Both the position numbers and the translations under genes were made by a program. A stretch of 64,000 nt of DNA from Bacteroidaceae bacterium (lineage in GTDB: Bacteria; Bacillota; Clostridia; Lachnospirales; Lachnospiraceae): contig CAVAJR010000003.1 in the NCBI GenBank assembly GCA_963589005.1, positions 21,379 to 85,378 of the forward strand, given 5' to 3'. Below are positions 20,049 through 30,550 of this stretch, piece after piece (position 1 is the stretch's first letter; every line of letters starts with the position of its first letter). A model generated the notes under the pieces. The model was not told the DNA's origin and did no database searches. It worked only from the letters and a program-made list of their open reading frames with translations.

Positions 20049-21431
20049 ATGAAAAATATTACACTAAAAATTATTCAGAGCGTTACAGGCGGACAGCTGT
20101 ATAATGCCAAGGGGGTTATGGATGTTGAGATTTCAGCTATTGTTCAGGACAGCAGAAAAATAGTTGATAATTGCTTATTCCTCTGCATTAAGGGAGAGAA
20201 GGTAGACGGACATTCATACGCCAAGCAGGTACTGGAAAACGGTGCACTGTGCGTTCTGTGCGAAAGGAACATGCCGGAACTTACAGGGCCGTATCTTGTT
20301 GTAGATTCTGTACTTAAGGCAACACAGGCCATAGCAGAATATTACAGAAAAGGTCTTGATATTAAAGTGGTAGGTGTTACCGGAAGTGTAGGCAAAACCA
20401 GCACTAAGGAATTCATATCCGCTGTCTTGAGTAAAAGGTACAGGGTACATAAAACAAAGGGCAATTATAATAATCAGTGGGGAGTGCCGTTTACAATATT
20501 CGGAATCGATGAGACTTCACAGGTGGCAGTAATAGAAATGGGAATTTCTGATATGGGTGAGATGGATGAACTTGCCCGTATGGCTCGTCCTGATGTCGCT
20601 GTCATTACCTGTATAGGAGAGAGTCATCTGGAATTTTTCAAAACAAGAGACGGAATATTGCAGGCTAAAAGTGAAATATTCAATTATATGAAGCCTAATG
20701 GCGCTATTATTCTTAATGGCGATGATGATAAGCTGGCGGCGGTTAAGACTATTAAGGGAATTAAACCGGAATTTTACGGACTTACTGCCATGAATGATAT
20801 TTCGGCGGAAAATATTGATGATAAAGGTCTGGAAGGATCTGACTTCAATCTTGTTATACGTGACGGCGGCGGCAAGATGTCGCTGAGGGTATCGGTACCG
20901 GTTCCGGGACAACATAATATCTATAATGCATTGGCGGCTGCCAGTGTAGGACTTAAGATGGGAATATCACCTCTTGAGATAAGGGCAGCTCTTGCTGAAA
21001 TGAAGAATGCCGAAGGCCGTGGAAATATCATTAATACAGGCAAATACATGATACTTGATGACTGCTATAATGCGGCGCCGCGATCTGTGGAATCATCCAT
21101 CGATCTTCTGATGAAGATGCCGGGACGTAAGGTGGCAATCCTGGGCGATATGCTGGAATTAGGAGATAATTCTGACAAATTCCACTTCAGGGTAGGACAG
21201 TATGCAGGCAAGGCCGGAGTGGATGTTTTGATATGCGTTGGAAGCAGTTCGGAAAAGACCTTCATGGGCGCTAAAATGACAACGGACAAGCAGGTAGAGC
21301 TGATGAGAAATGCCGGAGAGTGTATACAGTCGCTTCCGAGCATCCTGCATGATGGGGATTCTATACTGGTCAAGGCATCGAATGCAATGAAGTTTCCAAC
21401 CATTGTTGCAGCAATTAAGGAAATGAAATGA
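20049..21431 (+). CDS. murF: UDP-MurNAc-tripeptide--D-alanyl-D-alanine ligase
   Basis: Mur ligase P-loop GVTGSVGKTSTKE. I chose ATG 20049 behind GAGGTG (20039-20044) rather than the ORF-track TTG 20028. Confidence 0.9.
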   Translation: MKNITLKIIQSVTGGQLYNAKGVMDVEISAIVQDSRKIVDNCLFLCIKGEKVDGHSYAKQVLENGALCVLCERNMPELTGPYLVVDSVLKATQAIAEYYRKGLDIKVVGVTGSVGKTSTKEFISAVLSKRYRVHKTKGNYNNQWGVPFTIFGIDETSQVAVIEMGISDMGEMDELARMARPDVAVITCIGESHLEFFKTRDGILQAKSEIFNYMKPNGAIILNGDDDKLAAVKTIKGIKPEFYGLTAMNDISAENIDDKGLEGSDFNLVIRDGGGKMSLRVSVPVPGQHNIYNALAAASVGLKMGISPLEIRAALAEMKNAEGRGNIINTGKYMILDDCYNAAPRSVESSIDLLMKMPGRKVAILGDMLELGDNSDKFHFRVGQYAGKAGVDVLICVGSSSEKTFMGAKMTTDKQVELMRNAGECIQSLPSILHDGDSILVKASNAMKFPTIVAAIKEMK

Positions 21432-22510
21432 AGGTAATTACCAGACCATTAGAAGTAATACCGGAATATAATTTGAGAAGCATTTGCTCTCTGGAGGAGA
21501 TGCTTCTTTTTGATATAGAAACAACAGGCTTGAAGAAGGAAACAACTCAGCTGTATCTGGTTGGATGTGCGTATTATTCCAATGGTACATGGTATGCAAG
21601 ACAGTGGCTCACAGAAAACACATCAGATGAATTAAGAGTTCTGGAGGAGTTCTGCGAGTTTGCTTCGCATTACAGAACATTGGTGCATTTTAACGGCGAC
21701 GGATTCGATATTCCGTATATGCAATTTAAAGCAGATTATTACATGACGGGGTTTGATTTCGGAAGATTTAACAGCTTCGATATTCTGAAAAATGCCAGAA
21801 AATCCAAGAAGCTGTTGAGCCTTCAGAGTATGTCACAGAAATCAATTGAGATATTTCTGGGGATCAACAGAGATGACCAGTTAAACGGAGGACTTCTGAT
21901 ACCTGTTTATTATGACTATGAGAAGAGCAGGTCTGCTCAGCTTGAACATCTGCTGCTGCTTCATAATTTTGATGATATTCAGGGAATGCTTAAGATTTTG
22001 CCAATCCTTACATATACCGATGTTTTAAGTGGCGGGTATGAATTTCTATCGGCCGGTGAGGCCCGCGATACAGCGATATTGGAATATAGGATTACGGATC
22101 CTGTTCCTGTATATTGCGAGAAACTGGTGGATGCTAATGGGGATATATTGGTATGCATGGACAGGGATCTGCTTCAGATAAATATGAAAATATATACAGA
22201 GACAGGCAGGATTCCTCTGGCAAATGTCTGCGATTATTATTATCTGCCTGAGGAGGATATTGTCGTTCATAAGGATGTAGGACAATTTTTGGACAGATCT
22301 AAGCGGGTAAAGGCTACAAAGAAAAATTGCTTCCTTAAGAAGGACGGAAGGTTCATACCTCAGATAAATGCAATATTTACTCCTGCATTTCAACTGGCAG
22401 AGGATAAAAAACGGATGTATGCAGATTGGGATGAGCTGGAAAAGGGCTGCGATAAGAGTCTTATGAAGGAATTATCCTCCGGAATTTTGCATTTCATTTC
22501 AGGTTGTTAA
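21428..22510 (+). CDS. RNase H-like (YprB-type predicted exonuclease) domain protein
   Basis: LLFDIETTGL and HFNGDGFDIPYM resemble DEDD-like RNase H-fold motifs. The start overlaps the murF stop (ATGA). Confidence 0.6.
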   Translation: MKVITRPLEVIPEYNLRSICSLEEMLLFDIETTGLKKETTQLYLVGCAYYSNGTWYARQWLTENTSDELRVLEEFCEFASHYRTLVHFNGDGFDIPYMQFKADYYMTGFDFGRFNSFDILKNARKSKKLLSLQSMSQKSIEIFLGINRDDQLNGGLLIPVYYDYEKSRSAQLEHLLLLHNFDDIQGMLKILPILTYTDVLSGGYEFLSAGEARDTAILEYRITDPVPVYCEKLVDANGDILVCMDRDLLQINMKIYTETGRIPLANVCDYYYLPEEDIVVHKDVGQFLDRSKRVKATKKNCFLKKDGRFIPQINAIFTPAFQLAEDKKRMYADWDELEKGCDKSLMKELSSGILHFISGC

Positions 22511-22583
22511 TTATAATTTGATACTGTATAATGAAAAGCTGAAACAAAACCTGTGCTCGTATATAGGAAATGGAGGAAGTGGC

Positions 22584-23009
22584 TTGAATATACTATACTG
22601 CCTTACGCCGAAGAGTGAAGTCGACTTTATCTATGATGATGCGTCACTTAATAAAGCTATACAGATATTTGAAAGAAATAATTTTTTTATATTGCCTTTA
22701 ATTAATAAAAAAGGCCGTTTTATCGGAACCATATCGACAGCAGATATTTTGGGCTGCATAAAGGAGAATTTTGATCTGTCTATCAAGGCATCTGCAGAAT
22801 TTCCTGTAAGAAGTGTAAAAAGGATCAAGGAATACAAAGCTGTAAACGGCGGCACCACATCTATGGAAGAGATAGTTGATGTTGCTTTAGATCAGAACTT
22901 CGTTCCTGTTGTTGATGATGATTATAACTTTATCGGTATTATCACAAGAAAAACAATAATGAACTGGATGTACAATAAGGTGCAGGCTGCAGTTCATACA
23001 GAAGAATAA
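22584..23009 (+). CDS. CBS-domain pair protein
   Basis: Two CBS-like repeats (...[22 protein letters not shown]..., ...[21 protein letters not shown]...). TTG 22584 sits 6 nt after GGAGGA (22572-22577). The ORF-track start at TTG 22518 has no RBS. Confidence 0.6.
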   Translation: MNILYCLTPKSEVDFIYDDASLNKAIQIFERNNFFILPLINKKGRFIGTISTADILGCIKENFDLSIKASAEFPVRSVKRIKEYKAVNGGTTSMEEIVDVALDQNFVPVVDDDYNFIGIITRKTIMNWMYNKVQAAVHTEE

Positions 23010-23035
23010 AAACGATTGATCGGGAGGAAATGATT

Positions 23036-24262
23036 ATGTCAGAAAATGTTTATGATATTCTCGAAGAAAGAGGATTCATCGCTCAGTGTACACATCCTGA
23101 GGAACTACGGGAATTACTTGGTAAGGAAAAGGTAAAATTCTATATAGGATTTGACGCTACAGCGGATTCACTTACAGCCGGTCACTTCCTTACGATTATG
23201 GCCATGATGCATATGCAGAGAGCCGGTCATGTTCCTGTAGCCTTATTAGGCGGCGGAACAACCATGGTTGGAGATCCTTCCGGCAAGAGCGATATGCGTA
23301 AAATGATGACCAAGGAAACAATTGATCACAATGTTGCCAGATTTAAAGAGCAGATCAGCCGCTTCCTCGATACATCAGAAGGCAAGATGATATTTGCAAA
23401 TAATGCGGATTGGCTTTTAAATCTTAATTATGTTGAATTTTTAAGAGAAGTAGGTGTTCATTTCTCAGTTAACAGAATGCTTACAGCTGAGTGCTATAAG
23501 CAGAGAATGGAAAAGGGACTTACTTTCTTCGAGTTCAACTACATGATCATGCAGTCATATGACTTCCTGAAGCTGAACCAGATGTATGACGTTTGTCTGC
23601 AGATGGGCGGCGATGACCAGTGGAGCAATATCATCGGCGGCGTTGAACTTATCAGAAGAAAAGAGCAAAAACCTGCATACGGACTCACATTTACACTTCT
23701 TACCACATCAGAAGGCGTTAAGATGGGTAAGACTGTAAAGGGCGCATTATGGCTTGATCCGATGAAGACTACACCATACGAATTCTACCAGTACTGGAGA
23801 AACATAGAAGATGTTAAGGTTGAAGAATGTCTGGGACTTCTTACTTTCCTTCCTATGGATGAGGTCAGAAGACTGGGGACTCTTGAAGGTGCTGAGATCA
23901 ACAAGGCCAAGGAAGTATTGGCATACGAGATCACTAAGATCGTTCATGGTGAGGAAGAAGCTGATAAGGCACAGCAGGCCGCAAGAGAGGTATTTGCTGG
24001 TTCTGGTATTCATGAGAATATGCCTACATACGAATATGATAAGGCAGCATTTGAAGCAGCTGATGTTATCCAGGGACTTGTTGACACAGGCATGTGCAAG
24101 ACTCGTTCAGAGGGCAGACGTCTTGTAGAAGGCGGCGGCGTTCTGGTCGGCAATGACAAGGTTGAGGATATCAAGAGCAAATTATCAGATTATCCTATGA
24201 CAGACGGATGCATTGTTCTTAAGAAGGGCAAGAAGAAATCTGTCAAGATTGTTGTTAAATAA
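23036..24262 (+). CDS. tyrS: tyrosine--tRNA ligase
   Basis: HIGH-type TAGHF region, KMSKS-type KMGKT, and a C-terminal S4 domain. ATG 23036 is 8 nt after GGAGG. ATG 23030 is an alternative start. Confidence 0.9.
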   Translation: MSENVYDILEERGFIAQCTHPEELRELLGKEKVKFYIGFDATADSLTAGHFLTIMAMMHMQRAGHVPVALLGGGTTMVGDPSGKSDMRKMMTKETIDHNVARFKEQISRFLDTSEGKMIFANNADWLLNLNYVEFLREVGVHFSVNRMLTAECYKQRMEKGLTFFEFNYMIMQSYDFLKLNQMYDVCLQMGGDDQWSNIIGGVELIRRKEQKPAYGLTFTLLTTSEGVKMGKTVKGALWLDPMKTTPYEFYQYWRNIEDVKVEECLGLLTFLPMDEVRRLGTLEGAEINKAKEVLAYEITKIVHGEEEADKAQQAAREVFAGSGIHENMPTYEYDKAAFEAADVIQGLVDTGMCKTRSEGRRLVEGGGVLVGNDKVEDIKSKLSDYPMTDGCIVLKKGKKKSVKIVVK

Positions 24263-24284
24263 TATATCGGAGGCAATATAAACA

Positions 24285-26906
24285 ATGCATAAAGCATATG
24301 GTGTTAATGAATTAAGAACGATGTACCTGAACTTCTTCGAGAGCAAGGGTCATCTTGTAATGAAGAGCTTTTCATTGGTTCCTCATAATGATAAGAGCCT
24401 TCTGCTTATCAATGCAGGTATGGCTCCTCTTAAACCTTATTTTACGGGACAGGAGATTCCGCCAAGAACAAGAGTAACAACATGCCAGAAATGTATCAGA
24501 ACAGGTGATATCGAAAATGTTGGCAAGACAGCCCGTCACGGTACCTTCTTCGAGATGCTGGGTAATTTCTCGTTCGGTGATTATTTTAAACGAGAGGCGC
24601 TTAACTGGACCTGGGAATTCTTGACAGAACACGTAGGTCTTGAACCGGACAGATTATATCCTTCAGTTTACCTTGAGGATGATGAAGCATTTGACATCTG
24701 GAACAAAGAAATCGGAATTCCGGCAGAGCGCATCTCACGTTTCGGCAAGGAAGATAACTTCTGGGAGCATGGCGCAGGTCCTTGCGGTCCTTGCTCAGAG
24801 GTATATTATGACCGTGGCGAGAAGTATGGCTGCGGTAAGCCTGACTGCAAGGTGGGCTGTGACTGTGACAGATACATGGAGGTATGGAATGATGTATTTA
24901 CACAGTTTGACGGCGACGGCAAGGGCGGCTATACAGAGCTGGAGCATAAAAATATTGATACAGGCATGGGTCTGGAACGTCTGGCAGTTGTATCACAGGA
25001 GGTTGATTCCATATTTGATGTAGATACAATATGTGCTATCAGAGACAAGGTATGTGAGGCAGCCGGAATCAAGTATCATACAGATGAGAAGAAGGATATA
25101 TCCATCAGACTTATTACTGACCACATCAGGTCTGCAACATTTATGATCTCCGATGGCATTAACGCATCTAATGAAGGCCGTGGATATGTATTAAGACGTC
25201 TTATCAGAAGAGCAGCCCGCCACATCAGAATGCTGGGTATCCCGGATCATTTCATGCCGATTCTTGCAGAAACCGTAATCGAATGTTCCAAGGATGCATA
25301 TCCGGAGCTGGATGAGAAGAAGGCAATGATTCTCAAGACATTATCTGATGAAGAGAGCAGATTCTATAATACTCTTGATCAGGGCATGAAGAAATTAAAC
25401 GAAATGCTGGAAGCATGCAAGCAGGAGGGCAAGACACAGCTGTCAGGCAGTGATGCATTTAAGCTCTATGACACCTACGGATTCCCGCTGGATCTGACTA
25501 ATGATGTTCTGGAGGAACAGGGCATGACGGCAGATGAAGAAGGATATAATGCAGAAATGCAAAAGCAGCGTGAAACAGCGCGTAATTCAAGAAAGAAAAC
25601 AAATTACATGGGTGCTGATGCAACTGTATACGAGCAGCTGCCGCAGACCCTTACTACAGAATTTACCGGATATGATACCCTTGAAGACAAGTCGCAGATC
25701 ACGGCTCTTACAACAGAAGAGGCAGTGGTTGAGACATTAGCAGAAGGAGATGTTGGAACTATCGTAGTATCGAATACTCCATTTTATGCAACTAAGGGCG
25801 GTCAGGAAGCTGACAAGGGTATCATTTATACAGATACGGCCGAATTCAAGGTAGAAGATGTTATCAGTCTGGCAAATGGCGTAACAGGACACATAGGAGT
25901 TGTAACTAAGGGACAGTTCGTTCAGGGAGACAAGGTATCTCTTAAGGTATGTGAATTGAACAGAACTGCAACAGGCAAGAACCATAGTGCAACACATCTG
26001 CTTCAGGCTGCATTAAGAAGGGTATTAGGCGATCATGTTGAACAGGCAGGTTCTAATGTTAATGCAGACAGACTGAGATTCGACTTTACACATTTCTCCG
26101 GTCTTTCAACTGAGGAGATCAAGAAGGTTGAAGAAATTGTAAATGAAAAGATTGCTGAAGCACTTCCTGTTGTTACAGATGTAATGAGCATTGATGAAGC
26201 TAAGAAAACAGGAGCCATGGCTCTGTTCGGTGAGAAATACGGTGACAAGGTCCGTGTTGTAAACATGGGCGATTTCTCCAAGGAACTGTGCGGCGGTACT
26301 CATGTAAGCAATACAGGTGTGATCGGTTCATTTAAGATTATTTCAGAGGGGTCGGTTGCTTCCGGTGTAAGACGTATCGAGGCTCTTACAGGTCAGGGAG
26401 TTTTAGATTATTATGAAAATCTTGAGTCAACTCTTAATGATGCAGCTGCTAAGGCTAAGGTAGCACCGGACAAATTACCGCAGAAGGTTGATGAGCTGCA
26501 GGCTCAGATCAAGGAACTTCAGTCCGAGATCGAGAAGATGAAGAGTGAAGCTGCCAAGAAATCTCTGGGTGAGATAGAAGTTCAGAAGATAGGGGACATT
26601 AATCTTGTAGCCAGAAAACTCAGCGGTCTTGATATGAATCAGTTAAGAGAGCTGGGAGACCAGATCAAGGAGCAGATAGGCGAGGGCGTAGTAGTTCTTG
26701 CATCTGATACAGATGGCAAGGTCAACCTGATCGTAACAGCAACAGAAGGCGCTATTGCCAAGGGAGCACATGCAGGAAATATAATTAAGCAGATCGCTCC
26801 TCTGGTAGGCGGCGGTGGCGGCGGTCGTCCTAATATGGCTCAGGCCGGCGGCAAGGATCCGGCAGGTATTGATGCCCTTCTTGAGAAAGTTAAGGATCTG
26901 CTGTAA
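24285..26906 (+). CDS. alaS: alanine--tRNA ligase
   Basis: 873 aa. Class II core, editing-domain HSATHLL and CGGTH, C-terminal GGGGGG DHHA1 region. Confidence 0.95.
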   Translation: MHKAYGVNELRTMYLNFFESKGHLVMKSFSLVPHNDKSLLLINAGMAPLKPYFTGQEIPPRTRVTTCQKCIRTGDIENVGKTARHGTFFEMLGNFSFGDYFKREALNWTWEFLTEHVGLEPDRLYPSVYLEDDEAFDIWNKEIGIPAERISRFGKEDNFWEHGAGPCGPCSEVYYDRGEKYGCGKPDCKVGCDCDRYMEVWNDVFTQFDGDGKGGYTELEHKNIDTGMGLERLAVVSQEVDSIFDVDTICAIRDKVCEAAGIKYHTDEKKDISIRLITDHIRSATFMISDGINASNEGRGYVLRRLIRRAARHIRMLGIPDHFMPILAETVIECSKDAYPELDEKKAMILKTLSDEESRFYNTLDQGMKKLNEMLEACKQEGKTQLSGSDAFKLYDTYGFPLDLTNDVLEEQGMTADEEGYNAEMQKQRETARNSRKKTNYMGADATVYEQLPQTLTTEFTGYDTLEDKSQITALTTEEAVVETLAEGDVGTIVVSNTPFYATKGGQEADKGIIYTDTAEFKVEDVISLANGVTGHIGVVTKGQFVQGDKVSLKVCELNRTATGKNHSATHLLQAALRRVLGDHVEQAGSNVNADRLRFDFTHFSGLSTEEIKKVEEIVNEKIAEALPVVTDVMSIDEAKKTGAMALFGEKYGDKVRVVNMGDFSKELCGGTHVSNTGVIGSFKIISEGSVASGVRRIEALTGQGVLDYYENLESTLNDAAAKAKVAPDKLPQKVDELQAQIKELQSEIEKMKSEAAKKSLGEIEVQKIGDINLVARKLSGLDMNQLRELGDQIKEQIGEGVVVLASDTDGKVNLIVTATEGAIAKGAHAGNIIKQIAPLVGGGGGGRPNMAQAGGKDPAGIDALLEKVKDLL

Positions 26907-27872
26907 ATGAAGATTTATGAATTTGGCAAAACGTCAGATGGTAAGATAATTAACGCGTATATTATTGAGAATCTCAACGGTATACGCGTTGAATTTCTTA
27001 ATTATGGCTGTATATTGAGACAATTCTGGGTGCCTAAATCGGATGATTCGTATGTAAATATTGTATACGGCCTGGACTCAGTTGCAGATTATGAAAATGA
27101 CAGATGCTGCTTCGGAGCACTGATCGGAAGAAGTGCTGGTCTGATTAAAAATTCAGAGATATCAATAAATGAAAATAAGTATAAGTTAGCTGCCAATTAC
27201 GGCTCGGATTATCTGAATGGCAGTTTAAGCAAGAAGGTGTTCGAGGTCCATGATCTTCCTGCCAAAACACTTGATGAGGCCAGCAAGGGAATTGTTTTTA
27301 CTTACAGAAGTCCTGACGGTGAAGATGGTTTTCCGGGAAATGTTGATATAAAAGTTACATATTTGCTGGACGATAATGATGTATTACATATGACATATGA
27401 GGCAGTATCTGACCAGGACACAATATTGAATCTGACGAACAGCAGCTATTTTTATTTGGGGGCAGATCAGAAGGTCTCAGTTAATGCGAAAAGATTTGCA
27501 AATGCAGGTAATGAGGTCAAGACATCCGACATAAAGAAGGTTGCGGAGTATCCGAAAATGGATCTGAGAACTTCTAAGGATCTTGATGATAACGCCCCTG
27601 AAGCAGGATATTTTGATCAATATTATTGTTTTGAGGAAAGAGATTATCCGGCATGGAAACCGGATGTACAGATAAAGGCAGAAGGACGAGGCATAACCAT
27701 GGAAATCAGGACTTCAGAAAATGCAGTCAGAATTTTTTCGGGAAATACTGTGGGTATTGCTATTGAACCGCAGACATTGCCGTGTTATGCTGAATATACG
27801 AAAAATCCGGGGTTGATTTTAGAAAAAAATAAAGCCCGGATCTGGAAAAGTTCGTATAAAATTATTGTGTAA
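26907..27872 (+). CDS. aldose 1-epimerase (galactose mutarotase-like) family protein
   Basis: FPGNVDIKVTYLL and LNLTNSSYFYL resemble mutarotase motifs. The start abuts the alaS stop. Confidence 0.7.
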   Translation: MKIYEFGKTSDGKIINAYIIENLNGIRVEFLNYGCILRQFWVPKSDDSYVNIVYGLDSVADYENDRCCFGALIGRSAGLIKNSEISINENKYKLAANYGSDYLNGSLSKKVFEVHDLPAKTLDEASKGIVFTYRSPDGEDGFPGNVDIKVTYLLDDNDVLHMTYEAVSDQDTILNLTNSSYFYLGADQKVSVNAKRFANAGNEVKTSDIKKVAEYPKMDLRTSKDLDDNAPEAGYFDQYYCFEERDYPAWKPDVQIKAEGRGITMEIRTSENAVRIFSGNTVGIAIEPQTLPCYAEYTKNPGLILEKNKARIWKSSYKIIV

Positions 27873-27947
27873 ATTCAATGATTGTTATTTGAAAAAATCA
27901 GTTTATTTGTTATTATAAAAACCCAATAAAAAATGTGAGGTACCCCT

Positions 27948-29546
27948 ATGCGTTGTAGAACTTGCGGATGTGAAGTAGATGATGATAAGGCTTTTTGCCC
28001 TAGCTGTGGTGCAACTATGAAGGTAACAGCCGATTATGATTATATTCAGGCAGAAATTGCCAATAAGGTAGACAGAGTGTTTAATGAGGAAGAAGGCAGC
28101 GAAGAATCCGGCCAGAAGGCAGGACTCGACATACCGGATCTGAACAAGATCATAGATACTGATGATACAGAAAATGAAGTAACGGAAGATATTGAGTCCG
28201 AATATGAAGACGGTGCTGATGAGAATGCGGATGATATTCAGGAGGAAGAGACAGAACAGCCTGAGAGAAAACATCGCGTAAAACCAGCTAAAAAATCCGG
28301 CAGAAATCGTAAGAAGTTAAGTGACGAGGAGCATGAAGACAGCATTTTCGATCATGACAATGACGATTATGATGATGAAGTTGATGATATAGATGACGAC
28401 TATGATTATGATGATGAGATAGAGGAAGAGACAGTAAGACAGCCGAGACGCAGCAATAAGCCACGCGATGGTCGTCCGTCTGAGAGAAATCCTAAACAGC
28501 GCCAGTCAAGACAGCAGCCTGCAAGAGGAAGCAGAGCAAGAACTGCCCGCAGGTCTTATGACAGGGGACCGGATAACCAGACTTCCGGTAAGATATTCAC
28601 TATCCTGATCATCTTTGTAATAATAGCTGCTACAGCAATCGGCGTTATGTATATTCTGGGAGTATTTGACGGAAAATCAAATCAGTCAGGCAGCTCACAG
28701 GTATCGGAAACATCTACGCTTACAGCTAATGTTGTAAACGGAAGCACATATACTGCTCCGTATGAGGTTACTATCAGTGATGCATTAGGCGGCCTTATTT
28801 ATTATACATTAGACGGAAGTGAACCGACTGAAAGTTCAAGAGCTTATACAGGTGCATTCAGCCTGACAGCAGCTGATGTTCAGGTAACATATCCGAATGT
28901 AACATTAAGAGCAGCAGCATTTGATAAGGGCGGCGAGAAGACAGGAGAACTGTCAGTTGCATTTAAGCTGGAAGGAGATGTAAATGTAGCAGAAGGCAAC
29001 AATGTTTCTGATACAGGTGCCGAGGCAGCTGCTGTATCAGCACCGCAGGTAACACCTGCATCTGGTGAGTACACAGATGATGCTGATATCGAGGTTACGG
29101 CTGAAGGCGGAGCATCCATTTACTATACGTTGGATGGAACAACACCTACAGAGAACTCAACAGAGTATACCGGAACCATCAAGATGCCGCCGGAGACAAG
29201 TACTTTCAAGGCAATTGCCGTTAAAAATGGAGTTACAAGTGATGTAACAACATGCGAATATACACTTACTGTTAATTATGATGTTTCTCCGCAGCAGGCA
29301 TTGACTAATGTGCTCATGGCAACGGATGCAATCCTTGACAATGATCTGAACACGGAAGACGGATATGCTAAGATGCAGAACATCGGTGTATATGAGATTG
29401 ACGGATATCAATATTACATAGTACGTGTAGATTTCTATACAACTGACGGAACACTTACAAGTTCACAGTATGATGCTGTCGGTGTAAATTATGGCGGTGT
29501 ATCAGGAGCAACGCCATCCGGCAACACGTTTACGGTTGATGAATGA
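27948..29546 (+). CDS. zinc-ribbon / single-pass membrane protein with extracellular chitobiase-C (Fn3-associated)-like repeats
   Basis: N-terminal CxxC...CxxC (MRCRTCGCEVDDDKAFCPSCG), then a poly-acidic and a poly-basic tract, TM segment IFTILIIFVIIAATAIGVMYILGV, and two YYTLDG(S/T)xPTExSxxYTG repeats. Confidence 0.65.
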   Translation: MRCRTCGCEVDDDKAFCPSCGATMKVTADYDYIQAEIANKVDRVFNEEEGSEESGQKAGLDIPDLNKIIDTDDTENEVTEDIESEYEDGADENADDIQEEETEQPERKHRVKPAKKSGRNRKKLSDEEHEDSIFDHDNDDYDDEVDDIDDDYDYDDEIEEETVRQPRRSNKPRDGRPSERNPKQRQSRQQPARGSRARTARRSYDRGPDNQTSGKIFTILIIFVIIAATAIGVMYILGVFDGKSNQSGSSQVSETSTLTANVVNGSTYTAPYEVTISDALGGLIYYTLDGSEPTESSRAYTGAFSLTAADVQVTYPNVTLRAAAFDKGGEKTGELSVAFKLEGDVNVAEGNNVSDTGAEAAAVSAPQVTPASGEYTDDADIEVTAEGGASIYYTLDGTTPTENSTEYTGTIKMPPETSTFKAIAVKNGVTSDVTTCEYTLTVNYDVSPQQALTNVLMATDAILDNDLNTEDGYAKMQNIGVYEIDGYQYYIVRVDFYTTDGTLTSSQYDAVGVNYGGVSGATPSGNTFTVDE

Positions 29547-30019
29547 TTAAGATAGTAGCCGTCGGCAAGATAAAAGAGAAATTCTTCTCAGATGCGATTG
29601 CTGAATATTCTAAGAGATTAGGTGCTTATACTAAGCTGCAGATTATTCAGGTGCCTGATGAGAAGTGCCCGGACGCAGCGCCGGAAGCGGTCCTTCTGCA
29701 GATTAAGAGCAGAGAGGGCAAACACATCCTTGAAAATTTAGCTGATAAGGATTACGTGATCACTTTAGAAATAAATGGCAGAAAGCTAAGCTCTGAGGCT
29801 TTGGCAGATCATATGCAGATGCTTCGAAATACATGTCATTCGGATATAGCATTTGTAATAGGCGGCTCATTAGGACTTAGCCAAGAGGTATCGGCAAGAG
29901 CAGATTACAGGCTCAGCTTCTCTGACATGACATTTCCGCACCAGTTAATGAGGGTGATATTACTGGAACAGATATACAGATCATTTAAGATATCCAGAAA
30001 TGAACCTTATCATAAATAA
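29543..30019 (+). CDS. rlmH: 23S rRNA (pseudouridine1915-N3)-methyltransferase
   Basis: SPOUT-family protein of 158 aa (MIKIVAVGKIKE..., FVIGGSLGLS, FPHQLMRVILLEQIYR). Confidence 0.9.
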   Translation: MIKIVAVGKIKEKFFSDAIAEYSKRLGAYTKLQIIQVPDEKCPDAAPEAVLLQIKSREGKHILENLADKDYVITLEINGRKLSSEALADHMQMLRNTCHSDIAFVIGGSLGLSQEVSARADYRLSFSDMTFPHQLMRVILLEQIYRSFKISRNEPYHK

Positions 30020-30077
30020 ACTGGTTAACAAGAAGAGCATTATGAATTTAAATTTGACGCGTTAACTGTATATTGAT

Positions 30078-30110
30078 AACAGGGTGCCCAAACAGCACCC
30101 TGTTATTGTG
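30078..30110 (+). terminator. hairpin terminator after rlmH (weak U-tract)
   Basis: AACAGGGTGC (30078-30087) pairs with GCACCCTGTT (30095-30104), followed by ATTGTG. Confidence 0.5.
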
Positions 30111-30127
30111 TGTAAAAGAGGAATATT

Positions 30128-30550
30128 ATGGTTAAGATTACTAGAAGAACGCAACTAAGAGAGACAGCATTTCTGATTTTGTTCAGGGCCAATTGTTATT
30201 GTTTGACTGAAATGCCGGCACAGATCAAGAGCTTTTTCGTAGGTGAAGATGAATACAAGGAAGATGAGATCGCATATATAACCAACAGAGTTTTGGCAGT
30301 TTGTGAGAAGATACCTGAGATTGATGAACAGCTGGACAGATTCAGCATTGGCTGGAAGACCAAACGTATGAATCAGGCGGATCTTACGGCTCTCAGATTG
30401 GCATATTATGAGATCGTTTATGACGCTGATGTCCCAAATGCCGCTGCCATCAATGAGGCCGTGGAGCTTGCTAAAAATTACGGAACGGATAATTCAAGTT
30501 CGTTTGTAAATGGTATTTTAGCTAAGGTAGCCCAAAATGCAGACAAATAA
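30128..30550 (+). CDS. nusB: transcription antitermination factor NusB
   Basis: 140 aa. RETAFLILF at the N-terminus and NEAVELAKNYG..SSSFVNGIL. First gene of the conserved nusB-xseA-xseB-ispA-dxs block. Confidence 0.85.
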   Translation: MVKITRRTQLRETAFLILFRANCYCLTEMPAQIKSFFVGEDEYKEDEIAYITNRVLAVCEKIPEIDEQLDRFSIGWKTKRMNQADLTALRLAYYEIVYDADVPNAAAINEAVELAKNYGTDNSSSFVNGILAKVAQNADK

